This document shows positions 24,798-38,363 of a stretch of DNA of 49,114 nucleotides, one piece after another. The DNA is taken from the NCBI RefSeq assembly GCF_004010195.1, contig NC_057718.1, forward strand, positions 43,284,395 through 43,333,508, read 5' to 3'. This DNA is from Chiloscyllium plagiosum. Taxonomy: Eukaryota. Position numbers and translations under genes: made by a program. Numbering within the stretch: position 1 is the stretch's first letter; each line of letters opens with the position of its first letter. The notes below the pieces were generated by a model, which saw only the letters and a program-made list of their open reading frames with translations, did not search any database and had not been told where the DNA came from.

Positions 24798-26544
24798 TGT
24801 CATTTACACGTACGAGTCAAGGTGGTATGTGAATTGGGAAGACATTTGGAAAAGGCAGCATTTCCGTGCACCAACTGTTCTTATCCTAGGTTTTGGGGGT
24901 AGTGCCAATGAAATTTGGAATTATGACGTTCACAAACATGGGAGAGACAGAAGTGGGAGAGAGAGAAGAGAAGCAATATAAAGTATTGGGGAAATGATTG
25001 GGACCTTCTGACCAATACCTCAGGCACTCAGTACAATATGGTTACTGTTACTGGAATGAGAACCTTATTTATAGCTTTGTCACATCTAGGTCACATTTTT
25101 CCAGTCTTTCCTGGTCAGCACCCTAACCTCTACCCTATATAAACATTTGCTAATCCAAAACACTGTTGTCTATAACTTATACTGCTCTGATTATAATAAA
25201 ACAGTTTACCATGCCTAGCCTTGCTGACAGTTGTACAATGCCTCTAATTTAAATATTGTAAATATCATTAAATGAAAGAATCCTCTCAACGACTCAGCTC
25301 TCTATGACTCTGATTCTGACTATCATTCCTGAGGACCTTTCTGGATCCTGCATTAGGGATGGGTAATAAATGTGAGCCTTGCCAATAATGCTCACATTTT
25401 AAGAATGAAAAAGAATTCTGCCAGCAATTCCACCAACCATGTATGGCAAGACAGATTACCAACTCAAATTAACACCTTCATTCTCTTTGCTTCTCCAACT
25501 CTCTTTTATGATCATTCTTAAATGAATGTCCACTACCAAGCTTTTGCTTATTTCCTATGTTTCAGTGCCTATATTGGTTATATTTCTGTAAAGCACTTTA
25601 AGACATGTTCCCCAATAAAGGTGCTGGGTGACTGTAAGTTATAGTTGTTTCGTCATTTTTTTCTTCATCTTTGGTGAGAGAAATTTGTTGCAGTATGCTT
25701 TGAATGTGCAGATAACAAAGTAACCATATAGATGCTGGCCCAAAGCTGACCTGAAACTTGGTTTAAAGACCTCATTGAAATAATCAGGTCAGCTGACATT
25801 ATCTGCATTTTCACCTTCACAAATTCCTCATGCTCCTGCATTAATAAATTTTGAACTGCTTGCCTTGCCAGCATTGAACTGACTTGACTTCGGGATGATG
25901 GAGGACAGGAGGAGAGGGTTGATTGTGGCCATTAGCAGCAATCCAGAGAGTTTGAGCTATGGTACACCCCTGTTCCGACTGGCTCCACTAGATGTTTTTA
26001 CAAATCCTATTACTTCTCGTTGATGGCAAGGTGTAGGCTCAGTATCTGTTTTAGTCTCATGGGCACCAGTTCCTCGAGGGATCCTAAAACAAGCATTGGG
26101 CCACTACTTGTCATTGGAAAGAAAGAATTTCATCACGTCCAGGCTAGTGTATGGGTTGACAACATGGATTTGGGCAGGATGTCATATCTGTGTAATTGAG
26201 GGGAATTCCTAAAGGAGGCAACTAACATGGCGGACAGGAGAGTTCTAAGGATGTTGGTTATATGGACTTCCCAAAGGTTTTTAAAAGAAGTTCTGTTCAA
26301 GAGGTTATCTATGAAAGTAAGAACACATGGAATTTGAGGTTAAATGAAACAAATGATTTGGAGGTTGGAGACAGAGAGAAAAGATGAAGGAAAAGTAATT
26401 TGAATGATGGGATCTAATGTAGTGAACCCCAGGGATGTGTACTCAGGTCTTAGCTTTTCGGCATATGTATCACAGACCAGTGTGAAGGAATAAAGAGTCA
26501 GATATCTAATTTTATTTATAACTCAAAGCTGGAAAGCAGATATG

Positions 26545-26757
26545 CTTAGTTCTGATAATAATGAGACAGTTCCGTTCTTGTGTGATTTCATGTTATGAGA
26601 AAATCGCGCAATAGCCGTGCCATTTAAACTAATGGGGCTGAAATTGCCAACATAGATAAGGAAAGTTTGCATTCTACAAATAATGGTCTAAATCCTTCCA
26701 TCACGTTAAAGCCAATTCACGGTGAAGAAATGTACATTTTAGCAGAACCAACTGTAG
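26545..26757. mobile_element. Tc1/mariner-pogo type MITE remnant
   Basis: Left gttctgataataatg versus right end revcomp tacagttggttctgctaaaatg; right end CTG-TA. Confidence 0.5.
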
Positions 26758-27511
26758 TTGAGAGGAGGTTGTTATAACAATAACTTGCATTTGTAAAGTA
26801 CCACTAACAATCATAAAACATTCCAAGATATTTCCCAGGAGTGGATATCAGGTTAAACCTGAAAATGCCATAATAGGAGACTATGACAAGTGTTCAAATT
26901 TTGGTTTATATAGGCATGATGACAAATTGAGTAGAAAAATAACTGTCAAATGGGTTGCAACTTTGGAATGTCTGGATCTCCTACTTTAAAGTCAAATCAG
27001 TATATTACAAATAAAAAAATACATCAAATTTTCAATACTGCCACAGTAACTACGTGCAGGGTGTCTGCTACCTGGTGCACATCACACCAGTTGGGTTACA
27101 AGATAAATACATTGTCATGACAACAAAGTAGACTTCTGGGAATTTTAGAAATAAGCCAGGAGGAGCAATGGCAAAATCTGCAGTTGATCACAAAGTGAAA
27201 GGTATAACCATTTAAATTATTAACAAATGAATCTCCTCAGGTATCTTTAGATCTTCCATTGCTTCTGCACCTCAACATCAGCAGAAACCACACCAATATG
27301 TACTGGTGGAGTTTGCACCAAACATTTATCTATATTATGGAGGGACTCCTGGATGTTTGATCGCCAGAATTGTTTGGGAGCATTGGCAAAAAAAATCAGT
27401 CCATTTTAATGCCAACTTATTTGATGCCTGAACCCAGAGGACAGGAATAGTCCAAACATCTACCTCTGTTAAATTTACCAGATTAGGGGGTTGCAGCAGG
27501 GCACATAAAGG

Positions 27512-27530
27512 ATGACCCACCTAGTGGCAA
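27512..27530 (-). promoter_or_regulatory. Candidate CTCF site
   Basis: Minus strand TTGCCACTAGGTGGGTCAT; core CCACTAGGTGG fits CCASYAGRKGG, but the next base is G rather than C. Confidence 0.35.
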
Positions 27531-28731
27531 ACAAAGACATTGCAGGGGCTTCACAAGGGGATGGCCCTGTGTTATTCACAGCTAAACTATTCTTTGTGAG
27601 ATCGGAGAGCAGTGCTAATCTCCTTGACCACATAAAAATAATATTCGTACTTATCTATTCCATCCTAGCGGTACCAACTGAATGAAGTGCCAACAATAGA
27701 TGCTCCACCTGCCAAGTTACAAAAAAAGTACTTGGGCCCCATTCATATCATAGAATGTTACCAGAATAAATCAAAGTAGCACTTTTGGCATCTGGCACTA
27801 AGGTAACTGTGGGATTGAAAAAGAACAATAAGTGGGCTGCTTAAGACTTTGTTAATCCAGTACCATGGTTTTCACTGAGGAGCAGGAGTAGCTCAGAGGA
27901 AATTCCAAGGTGAAAGAAATCTGCAAAGGGGCATAGATAATAGAAGAGCATTAGCCCAAAAGTGGCCATTGAAGTGACACATTTTGATAGGAAGTAAGGT
28001 TGCAATTTGAATGAAACTAGGATCAGTGCTATGCAACAGCAAAGAGTTTCATTGGTATAGTTTCCCAAGTTAAGTCCCACAAGTTTGTATGACTGTAAAA
28101 ACATGTAACAAATTTTTCATTTTACCACAAAACGTGTAGACTATAAGAACCAACACCTAATTATAGATCAGTATGAAGTCCTAATGAGCCTCAGTTTGTG
28201 TACTGTGTATGGAATTGTGGTCCATCCTTAGAAAGTATATTGAAACTTTAGAAAGGACACAACATACATTCTCCAGGATACTGCCTTGTTCAAGGAACCG
28301 CAAATATGAAAGTAATGATTTTTAAAATGTAGTTTTTGTTTAGTCAAACACCACAGGTTGCAGTGTGATTTGACAGAATACTTGAAACCATGAAAAGATG
28401 AGACAAGATAAAATCAGAACTTGGTAGAAGATAAAATGTTAGAATTGGAATGTGTATATATAGGTTTGAAAAGGTCTGATAGAGTGCACTAAGCACCCAA
28501 TCTTTGTAACGATGTCACATGGTCTTGGTCAGATAGTAAAGAAGGAGATTGTAGATGACCAACCTGGGGTGAAACATGTTCATGTTCTCAGTAATATAGG
28601 CCATATTCAATTAATCTTTAAATTGTTGCAGTAACAGTAATAGACCGTTTACCTGACAAGATTCTTCTGGATAGAGCTGAAAGATAGATATCCTAATCCA
28701 TGCTAGAACACTCCCAATTTAAGCAACATTA

Positions 28732-29357
28732 ACACATAAGAACATAACAACGAGGAGCAGAAGTAGGCCATCAGGCCCTTTGAGCCTGCTCCGCCATTCA
28801 ATAAGATCATGGCTGACCTTTTTGTGGCCTCAGCTCCACTTACCCGCTCTCTCACTATAACCTTTAATTCTTTGACTATTCAAAAAGTTATCTTAGCTTT
28901 AAAAACATTTAATTTAGAAGCCTCAACTACTTTACTGGGCGGAAAAATTCATAGATTCACAACCCTCTGGGTGAAGAAGTTCCTTCAATTCCATCTGAAA
29001 TCTGCTCATCCTAATTTTGAGGCTATGTCCTCTTGTCCTAGTTTCACCTGCAATGGAAACTTCCTCTCCACTTCTATCTCATCTATTCCCTTCATAATTT
29101 CATATGTTTCTATTAGATCTCCCCTTATTCTTCTAAATTCCAATGAATATAATCCCAATCTGCTCAGCCTCTCCTCAAAAACAAACCCCCTCAACTCCGG
29201 AATCAACCTAGTGCATCCCTTCCAGTGCCAGGTCATCCTTTCTCAAGTAAGGAGACCAAAACTGCACACAGTATGTGAGATGGGGCTTCACCAGCACCCT
29301 ATACAGCTGCAACATAACCTCCCCGCTTTTAAACTCAATCCCTTCAGCAATGAAAGC
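28732..29357 (-). mobile_element. CR1 3' portion
   Basis: ORF 29006-29236(-): FEERLSRLGLYSLEFRRIRGDLIETYEIMKG; tail acataagaacataac. Confidence 0.9.
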
Positions 29358-29384
29358 TTTGAGAAAAAGAACACAAGAAATAAA

Positions 29385-31440
29385 ACATGTTGGTGACCCA
29401 GAAGACTTTCAAGAGAAACACATATTACTCACTGCTGATGACAACAAACCCATACACTCTGCGGCAACGCTCAACTCACAAGAAATCTTCAGAGAATGAC
29501 ACAGAAAGCATTTCTGACCAGACAGAAAATGTGCAGCAACAGAAAGAAGCTGCAGATTGAAGGCAAAGTTATAGGTTACATCGCAAGGTGGTAGTCTTTA
29601 GAAGTAGTTGCGAATCTGAGTTGAACTGACCAGACATCGACGATTGTGAGGGTCCAACCTTGTGTGAAAAGGGAAACCTTGTGCAGTGATACACGTTGAA
29701 AAGACAGTAATTAAAAAAGAAAGCTGCAACTCTGATTAGGCATCGATGCCATAGTGTGCAAAATGCCATGCGGCAGATCTGGAAACACAAAATTAAGAGG
29801 ACTACAACAGAAAACTCATTGATATTTGGAGTAGAGAGCTAGGGAAATCACCAACTAAGATAAGCAGAGTGTAGGGAAATTTAAAGAAGCAAATGATCCT
29901 GATCTCACACATTTTAGGAGACAAGGGGAAGGTTGGGGAATAAGGCTCCAAAGTGCAAAAACGTTCCATTACAGAAAACGTCTGTGACTGCCAAGGAGCA
30001 TGGATATTACCCTTACAAAGGGCAGGAAAACCTGCATTCTGCTGTGAAGAATGGGAAAACCATACAGGACAGCAATGAAGCATGGGAGGTTACTGCAGAA
30101 TAAAGATCTTCAAAGAAGACACAACCCTACTAAGCCAAGGCATTAGAAAGCCAAATGGCAGGAAGACTTACTTACAGAGAGGGACCAAATAGAACTCAAA
30201 ATTGGACATCCTGTAGAAGTCAATGCTTGAGGGAAAGAAAAGCTTTAAAACTGAAAACAAAGTTAAAGTTGAACAAGTAAACACTCTCCTGTACATAATT
30301 AGGAATATAGAGATAATGTTGTTGCTCACCAAGGGGTAACTGAAACATCAGATAAGTTCAAATAAATACTGAATTCCTGTGGCAATGTTAAAATTCTTCA
30401 AATGGAGAGATTTAATAAAGGAGTGCAGCATTCCGAGGGGATCATGTTCGGCACAATAGTGTGGACCACAGGGCCCATTCCTGCGCTATATTATTCCATG
30501 TTCTATGAATCCATAGATGATTTAATTCATCACCTTTACAGTCCAGTAGAGTCTTACAATTATGGTGACTTGAAAGCAGAAATCATTAGAGGCTGGATTA
30601 TTGGAGGCATTACTGTCAGCTTTCATATGATCCAAAGAAATCCTAACTTTAGTGCAAACTCATTAGGTGGCGAGTGAAGCAGAGATCTGGAAGCAAAACA
30701 GATCAATCTTAAGAAGACAAGATAAAACTTGGCAGAGAAGATTTCCAGAATTTATTCAATTCTTGGAATTCAAAACAACATTACATTGTTACTTGACAGC
30801 GTAGTGGTGATGAAAGAAACCAGACACTAGAAGTCCTGCTAATGGGGCAAAAAGATGCAGACACTGCCCAGCTATTAATACTGAAGGTTTTTATTCTAAG
30901 AAAGTAGGTCACTCACAGAAAATGAGCTGAAGCAGGGCTCAGGCAGAGGAAAGCAAAAGACAAAGTACTATCTACACAAACAGATAAATGAGGTGCAACT
31001 GTTTCCAGTAGAAGTTGAATTGAAGGTGCTCTTCATTCCTAGGAGAAATTTGTGACCAGAACCAAATTTTTTGGCAAGCTTACATTTACGTCAATGAGCT
31101 TCTCATGAATTTCATGTTAAACATAGGAGCAAGTGTCACAGTATTGCCAGTTAGTGAGTTTACAGCTGGCAGAAGTTCAGCTACACAATCCAACTGCTTC
31201 ACACTTAACATTAACAGTAAGGTACACACAACTCTCTCACACCGGACACACCAAATTCTAGAAAACCTCCATATAGTTCACAACCAAGAGCTCTCTTTCC
31301 TGAGGAGAAGGCATGTATCGGTCCCAGTTTCATGTAAAGGTGGAAGAGGTTAAACAACAAAAGGCCAAGGACAAGCCAATAGAAAATTTTGCTGAGCTCC
31401 AGAAGCTCATGGCAGAACTTAAAGCAAAATCCCACAAGGT
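29385..31440 (+). mobile_element. Second Gypsy relic (PBS-like site, gag, protease)
   Basis: ...AAACA-tgt-TGGTGACCC (29391) LTR-end/PBS-like; gag VEQVNTLLY (30268) and ESIDDLIHHLY...YGDLKAEIIRGWIIGGI; protease WQAYIYVN...FMLNIGASVTVL (decayed LDTGA). Confidence 0.7.
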
Positions 31441-33235
31441 AAGTTATGTCGGATTAAAAATATTGTTTCATACCGTAAATAAAATAGAAAGTTGTGACTA
31501 TAAGCTGTGGCTCAAATGTTTTCCTTTGCTAACAAAATTGGATTGAGTCAGATTGTTAACCAACATCAACAACTGTCTGCAATTAGGGGCTGAGGTGGTT
31601 AGGAAGGGGCAGGGTCAATCAAAATATCCAACCTCCCCAGCTTCCAAAGAAGAATTCATAACTACAATTAAGGGTACCACATCAGGCAAGTGTAAAAACA
31701 GTCAACAAGACAATCCAACTACCTTCCACTTAATAAAATACCACAATTCCAAGCCCACAAAGGAGAATACATTTTGGGGAGATTGGTGAAAACTCCAGAT
31801 CAAAGGAGTGGGGTTGTTGGGTTAGCGGTTTATTAAACAAATACATAAAATATAATAACTTTGTGTGAAAAATGACTTGGGGAGAAATGTGACGTATATG
31901 CCTGAAATGGTCTGAAAGGTATAATTCTTCATTGTCATGGGGTCTGAGTCAGAAAGTAAAATCAAGTATGTAGAAGACAGATGTGGAGCTTGTCAGTTCT
32001 TAAGAGTCTCTGTGGTAATGTAGTTCAATTTCATGTAATCTGTAAACAGTTGCAATAATGTAATAAATGTCATACTATTTACTCAACAAGACAAAAGGCA
32101 AATATGCTAATCAATATTAGATCACTTTAGGCTTGAAGGAGTCTACAATACAAACTGAACAGAGAACAAGAAAGTTGTCCTATTAAAGCATAGTGAAGTG
32201 ATCTGATAAAGATTTAAAATTAAGATCTAGTTAGATATAGTAGCAGTCGAGATGTTCTTTCCATTTGTGCTGTAGTCCAATGCTTGGGATTATAAATATA
32301 CTGCAATCAGAATTCAAGAGAAGATACACAGTATGTCCGAGGCGAAAGCATAAATGTATTTAAGGGAGCTTTGATAATTTGTACATGAAGAAAGAAATAA
32401 AGGAACCGTTGCTCAGATGAAATAAGGTAAAGTGGATGGTGACTCACGTGGAGTGTATAAACTGTCTCAGATCTGTTGGGTTAAATGACCTGTTTCCATT
32501 TTGTAAATTCTATGTAATTTTTCATACAGAAAATTGAGAGCCTGTGGAATTCACTTATGAGTTCATGCTGAGGCAGAATCAATGTCAATAATGAAGATTA
32601 AGATTGAATGGGTCAATGAAGGAAGAAGAATTAAAAGATATATTGGAACTTGGTATTTAAATACAATAAGACTGATTGTTCATGAGGAATATAAACACAG
32701 ATCTGTTTGGCCGAATAACTCATATCCATTTTTATACGCAGTTATTTATTTTAATATTGTAACTGATATGAATTTATATATGACACGGGCATACTTGTGC
32801 ATTTAGAAAGTATATGAACATTTCCAAAGTAATAGGCCTACTCTAATGCTGCTATTCAAATCTACAATGAGATATTGCAAGGATTCTTTTATAGAAATAT
32901 TGTAAAATAAATGAAAATGTAAACAATTTGCATCTTGCAACCTCTTGAGCTCAGAAAATTGTTTCAACACTTAATTTCAGCACAGGGAAGTGTTTTGTGT
33001 GGCTGAAAAGAGTCTTACCACTAACTGAAGAGCCGATGAGAACCTCATGTCACCTCTTTGAGGGAAAGTCCACCATATTATTAACTGGACAGTGGTGAGC
33101 TTTCCCAGGGATCAACAGTGCAGCCAGCTGAGTGCTGCTGGCCAGTGAGAAGCTGGATAGTCTGTATAATGACATAACTATCAGAGAGATGGTGCTTGCT
33201 GACAAACATGATCTCCACAATCATTAATACACACT

Positions 33236-33710
33236 GCAATCAGTGAGGGATCCAACACTCAGTCACAGGCTTCCAGTCACCAAAACAACATTCAGTTGGC
33301 ACCCTCTGACTTCTGCTACTAAGCCAATTGCAGATCCAATATGCCAAATTGCCCTGGTTCCCAAGGGATCCCACTTCCTTGACCAGTCTCTCACCTGACA
33401 CCTTCTCAAAACTCTTACTGAAGCCCATGTAGATTATATCAAGTAACCACTCTCACCTACACATCTAGTCACCTCCCTCAAAAAAAGAAGTTTGTTGGAA
33501 ATGATCTTCCCCTGACAAAGCCATGCCTACTATTCTTGTTTTGTCTTTGTTTTTCCAAATGGAGATACATTCTGACATTCATATTTTTCCAAACATTTCC
33601 TGACAGTGGATGATAGATTTATTAACCATTAGTTCCCTGGTTTATTCCTTCTACCCTTCTTGAATAATGGTACCACATTAGCTGTTTTCCAATCATCTGA
33701 CACCTCTCTG
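33236..33710 (-). mobile_element. CR1 RT fragment
   Basis: ORF 33240-33428(-): MGFSKSFEKV...WICNWLSSRSQRV. Confidence 0.85.
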
Positions 33711-34863
33711 CATCCTGTGTGCAATAAATTCACATCGCAACTCAAAGCTGTGATGACTGAGAAGGCATAATTCAAGTAGAACATCCTCCCTGAAAGAAAC
33801 ATCAAAAATGACTATTGTCTATTTCAGAAGAGATCCTCAGACTTTAAGGAAGCCAGTCCAAGGTGACTTTGTTCTACCCATTTGTTCTACCAGTTCCAAA
33901 CAGAAGACTTTAAGGAGAACAGTGAAACCCAAGATCATCTAAATTAGTAAACTGACTGAATTGTGGGAAATGGAGTAGAGGTAAATGTAATTACATATAT
34001 ATATATAGCAACATATGATAATATGTATAACAATTATGTTATCAGAAAAATAGCTGGAGGTAGGTTAATATTCAATTGAGTCAATAAGTCCCAATCATTG
34101 TGATTATGTCATGACAATATGGCGGAAGAGAAATGCAGAAGCTTGTGGGAAACAAATTTAAGGTTAAGTCCTTTAAACAGTCTTTGGAATAATGTACAGT
34201 ATATCCTTATAATCTGTAACTAGTTGCAGAACAGTATAAATATCTTGTTTAGTTTACAAGATGTTTCTCGTTAGACCAGAAGGTGGCTACGCTCACACAT
34301 AGTAGGCCCCCATAAAAGTCCTTAAAAATCTCATCGACCCAGGTTATACAGATGGCATCACACACAACCGGTTTAATTGGAACTGGGGTGGGAAAGCAGC
34401 AGGATTCCCAACCAGCACATTTCCACCTTATTAAATATACACCCTCATCACCAATTTCATCCAATTCCATCCTGTTCCCCACCCCCTCAATAGCCAGAAT
34501 GTTCTAAAGGAATTATCAGCCCTTTCAAAGATGCTGCTGCTGGAGGGTAAATCTTGTTTGCACTTAGACCAGATTAAAATCTGTGGTTTGATCACTGTAT
34601 TACAGCATCTAATCAGCAGAAATCTTCTAGTAGTTTTCTTTTCACAAAGTCTATTGCTCAAATCAAACTATGCCATACTGGACTGATTGATCAAAATACC
34701 ATTACAGTTTTCTTTTGCCAATTCCAGACTGACAACACTGCATCTTTGTGAGTCAGGTTTTGTGTGTGAAGTATTTTAAGATGGAAGGATTCTCAATAAA
34801 GTTAGCATAAAGTCCTCTTCTGTTTATTTGAGATAAGTTCAACAACAAGCAACCCCATTTTTG

Positions 34864-35183
34864 GCGGCATGGGAGCTCAGTGGTTAGCAGCGCTGCCTCA
34901 CAGCACCAGGTTTCCAGGTTCGATTCCAGCCTCCAGTGATTGTCTGTGTGGAGTTTGCACATTCTCCCCATGTCTGCGTGGGTTTCCTCTGGGTGCTCTG
35001 GTTTCCTCCCACAGTCCAAAGATGTGCAAGTCAGGTAAATTGGCCATGCTAAAAATTGCCCATAGTGTTAGGTGTATTAGTCAGAGGAAAGTGAGCCTGG
35101 GTGGGTTGCTCTTCGGAGTTTTGGTGTGGATTTGTTGGGCCAATTGGTCTGTTTCAACACTGTAGAGAGTCTAATCTAATCAA
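34864..35183 (+). mobile_element. HE1 SINE, full length
   Basis: A box AGCTCAGTGG, B box GGTTCGATTCC, V domain, tail (CTAAT)n. Confidence 0.9.
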
Positions 35184-35434
35184 TTTGACCAAGGAGGATT
35201 ATTGTGATATTTGAATCATGTTTCAGAGGGATATTCAATTGTAGGAGCGATTAATGGTTCTATAAAGATTTGGGGAGCAATAGTCTGATGGTGACAGATG
35301 CAATGTTTCAGAAGAATAATTATCTACTCAAGAGTACAAAGACTTAATTGGCTACATAACATTATAATATTACTCCTGTGCTTGAGCTGACTGTACCCAC
35401 ATGCATGGGTAAATGTGATGAGAATGATTTTCTC

Positions 35435-35768
35435 AGATCTTAGAATCCCTACAGTGTGGAAACAGGCCCAACAGATCCACAGTGACCCTCTGAAGAGTAT
35501 CCCATCCAAACCCATTCCCCTACATTTAGTCCTGGCTAATGCACCTAAACCTTCACATTCCTGAATACTATGGGCAATTTAGCATGGCCAACTCACCTAA
35601 CTTGTACATCATTTGGATTGTGGGAGGAAACCACATCACTCAGAGGAAACCCATGCAGACATAAGAAGAACATACAAACTCCACAGAGACAGTCACCCAA
35701 GGCTAGAATTGAACCCGAAGTCACTGGCACTGTAAGCAAGCAGTGCTAACCACTGAGCCACTGTGCTG
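35435..35768 (-). mobile_element. HE1 SINE
   Basis: Reverse-complement homologue of 34864-35183. Confidence 0.9.
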
Positions 35769-35831
35769 CACAGTAAGATGGAGAGAAAATGTCAACCCAT
35801 GGATGGGTTGGGTTGAATGGCTTTTGTGTTA

Positions 35832-36133
35832 AACATTCTACAGTGTGGAAGCAAGTCATTTGGCCCATTGAGTCACACACTGACCCTCTGAAGAGATTCC
35901 CACCCAGACTCACCCCATCCCTGTTACCCTGCAGTTCCCATGGCTAATCCATGCCTGCACACCGTAAGCAATTTAGCATGACCCATCCACCTGATCTGTA
36001 CATCTTTGGACTGTGGAAGAAAACCCATGGAGACACAAGGCGAATGTGTAACTCCACACAGAGAGTCACCTGAGGGTGGACTCAAACTCGAGCCCCTGGC
36101 ACTGTGAGGCTGCAGTGCTAACCACTGAGCCCC
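35832..36133 (-). mobile_element. HE1 SINE
   Basis: Third copy with small internal deletions; head gctcagtggttagcactg on the minus strand. Confidence 0.85.
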
Positions 36134-37323
36134 TATTGCAATGTTGATACATTTCTACGTTGATATATGAGTGCAATCAATCGACCAATCTAATATATAT
36201 CATTGTAACAAACTCTTCCATTTTAATTTGATTGGCTTATGATGACCAGAACTGATCCACACACTGTTGAATTTATCTATGACCAGCTCTGAGTGCCGGC
36301 TTATTTAACCATACAACTGGCTCTGGGGCTAATTTAAACCCCTATCAAAGCCCAGCAGACCATTGAAACAATGATCCACAAAAAGCAATGCAGCCTCTTA
36401 TACAGCAACATTTTGGTTTGCTAAATTAGCAGTTTGGGTGTTTACATTACTCTCGAGTGCCTTATAGTACAAGCCATTCAAAGCTTGTGAATTCTTTGAA
36501 GCATGTGGCATCTTACAAATTAAATGGGTATTCACATTGATATGAGTGAGAAATACACCGTGCCCTGCCTATGGTTTATGAGAAATCACAACAGCCCACA
36601 CAGAAGTGATGTATCAACACCACCACAGAAGGTTCATACAGCATGATTATCAATCTCTTTAGCTGCAGAAATCTATAAGTGTCAACTTTGTCAACCACAT
36701 TTATTGTTCTATCCTGTGTCAAACCATAGAATGAGATGAGATCATACTTATTGGTGCCAGATATTTTTCCATAGGTGAATTGATTGCGAGACAAAGTAAC
36801 CTTAAAATCTTTCTCAAGTTTCATTGATTCATAGAAATGCAGAAGGAAGTCATCTTACTCATTCTGTATGATCCAGCTGAAAGCGAGCTATCTAGTCTCA
36901 TTCCACTTCACAACTCTTGGCAATAACCTTGTAAATTATGATCTGTGTCCTGCTCATGAGTGAGTAAAAATGCTTGAGAGTTTCCTATGTGACATGATAG
37001 GAGTCTACTTTGCATTTATTGCAAAACCAGTGACCATTTCAATGGTGAATGGGAAAAGTTTCAGTTTAATTGATCCCCTTGCCACTGCCCCATCTCCACC
37101 TGCCCTCCAACATGACAACAATCTCAAATCTGGGTCTGTTGCCAATTATCTTAAATTTGTTACTGACCGATCTGTCACTTGAATATCTTGAACACCTCTA
37201 TTAACTCTTCTCTTAACTCTTTCTGCTTTAAGGAGACGTCCGGCTCTCTTCACATAATTGAAGTTCCTCATCAATACATTTCTTCTGCACCCTTTTTCGA
37301 GCTTGGAAACCCTTCTGAAAATG

Positions 37324-37440
37324 ATTTAAAGATGCTGGTGTTGGACTGGAGTGCACAAAGTTAAAAATCACACAACACCAGGTTATAGTGCTTCCAATTA
37401 AACCAGTTGGACTATAACCTGGTGTTGTGTGATTTTCAAT
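37324..37440. mobile_element. Mini inverted-repeat insertion, probably PLE termini, with 11-bp target duplication
   Basis: Perfect 26-bp inverted repeat 37364-37389/37411-37436; TTCTGAAAATG at 37313-37323 and 37441-37451. PLE assignment is from memory of shark PLE ends. Confidence 0.65.
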
Positions 37441-38121
37441 TTCTGAAAATGTGAATTGGATATATATCAAGAGGAAACATGGTCCCAAAACTGACTCCTA
37501 AGGGCATACCACTTATACTTGCCCATAATTTGCAAAAAAACTTTCACTACTCTCTCTGATCCATAATTATCTTGCAACCATTTGTATTCTAATTTGTGTG
37601 ATCATTTGCATTTTAGTTTGTTACTGCTTGAATTTGCAGATTGTCTGGCAGTGTTGTGAAAAAGCATCTCTGTGACTTATTAATGGACTTAATCAAATAG
37701 TCCTTAAAAATAAGCAAGTCTGGTAATATGTTTCTTTTTGCAAACATACACTTGATGACTTACTGGCAAGAGCTTTCTTCAAATGCTGTAGTTCAGCTGA
37801 ATTCTGGGCAGTGTGTGGTTTGGAATGGGTTGACCATGGGTGGAAGCTTGCACCATAGTTTGGTCTGTCTTTAATTGAGTGTTTGGTTGTCATATCCCAA
37901 TAGTGTTGAACTGGTTGGTTGTCCTTACCTGATTTACTCTACCAGTGATTGGGACCGAGGTAATGGTAAAGTAATTTCAACTCTTTAGTCATATTAATAC
38001 ATGACTACACCTTAAAATAGAGCTACAGCCTCAATATCAGATTCTACTCACTGAATGTTACGTTTATTTCTAGTTATTTCATTAGTTACATCACAGTCTG
38101 TTTTACATGAATCACATAAGA

Positions 38122-38357
38122 GTTGAGGATGTGGTGCTAAAATGCACAGCCAGTCAGACAGCATGCAAGGAACAGGAAAATCAATGTTTTGGGCAGAAGC
38201 CCATCATCAGGAATGAGCCTCATTCTTAATGAAGGGCTTATGCCTGAAACATCAATTCTCCTGCTCCTCGGATGCTGCCTGACCAGCTGTGCTTTTCCAA
38301 CACCACACTCATTGATGCTGATCTCCAGCATCTGCAGTCCTCACTTTCTCCTAGTTG
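38122..38357. mobile_element. Inverted pair of PLE pLTRs
   Basis: Two pLTR ends joined at gaatgag-c-ctcattc (38211-38225); both carry degenerate hammerheads; 13/15 flanking direct repeat. Confidence 0.85.
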
Positions 38358-38363
38358 ATGAGC

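Noticed and set aside
34200..34740. Possible L1/Tx1 RT remnant
   Set aside because: Only vague motif echoes; not supportable without a search.
34864..34935. tRNA gene (A and B boxes)
   Set aside because: It is the tRNA-derived head of an HE1 SINE and continues into the V domain; the same applies to the other SINE heads.
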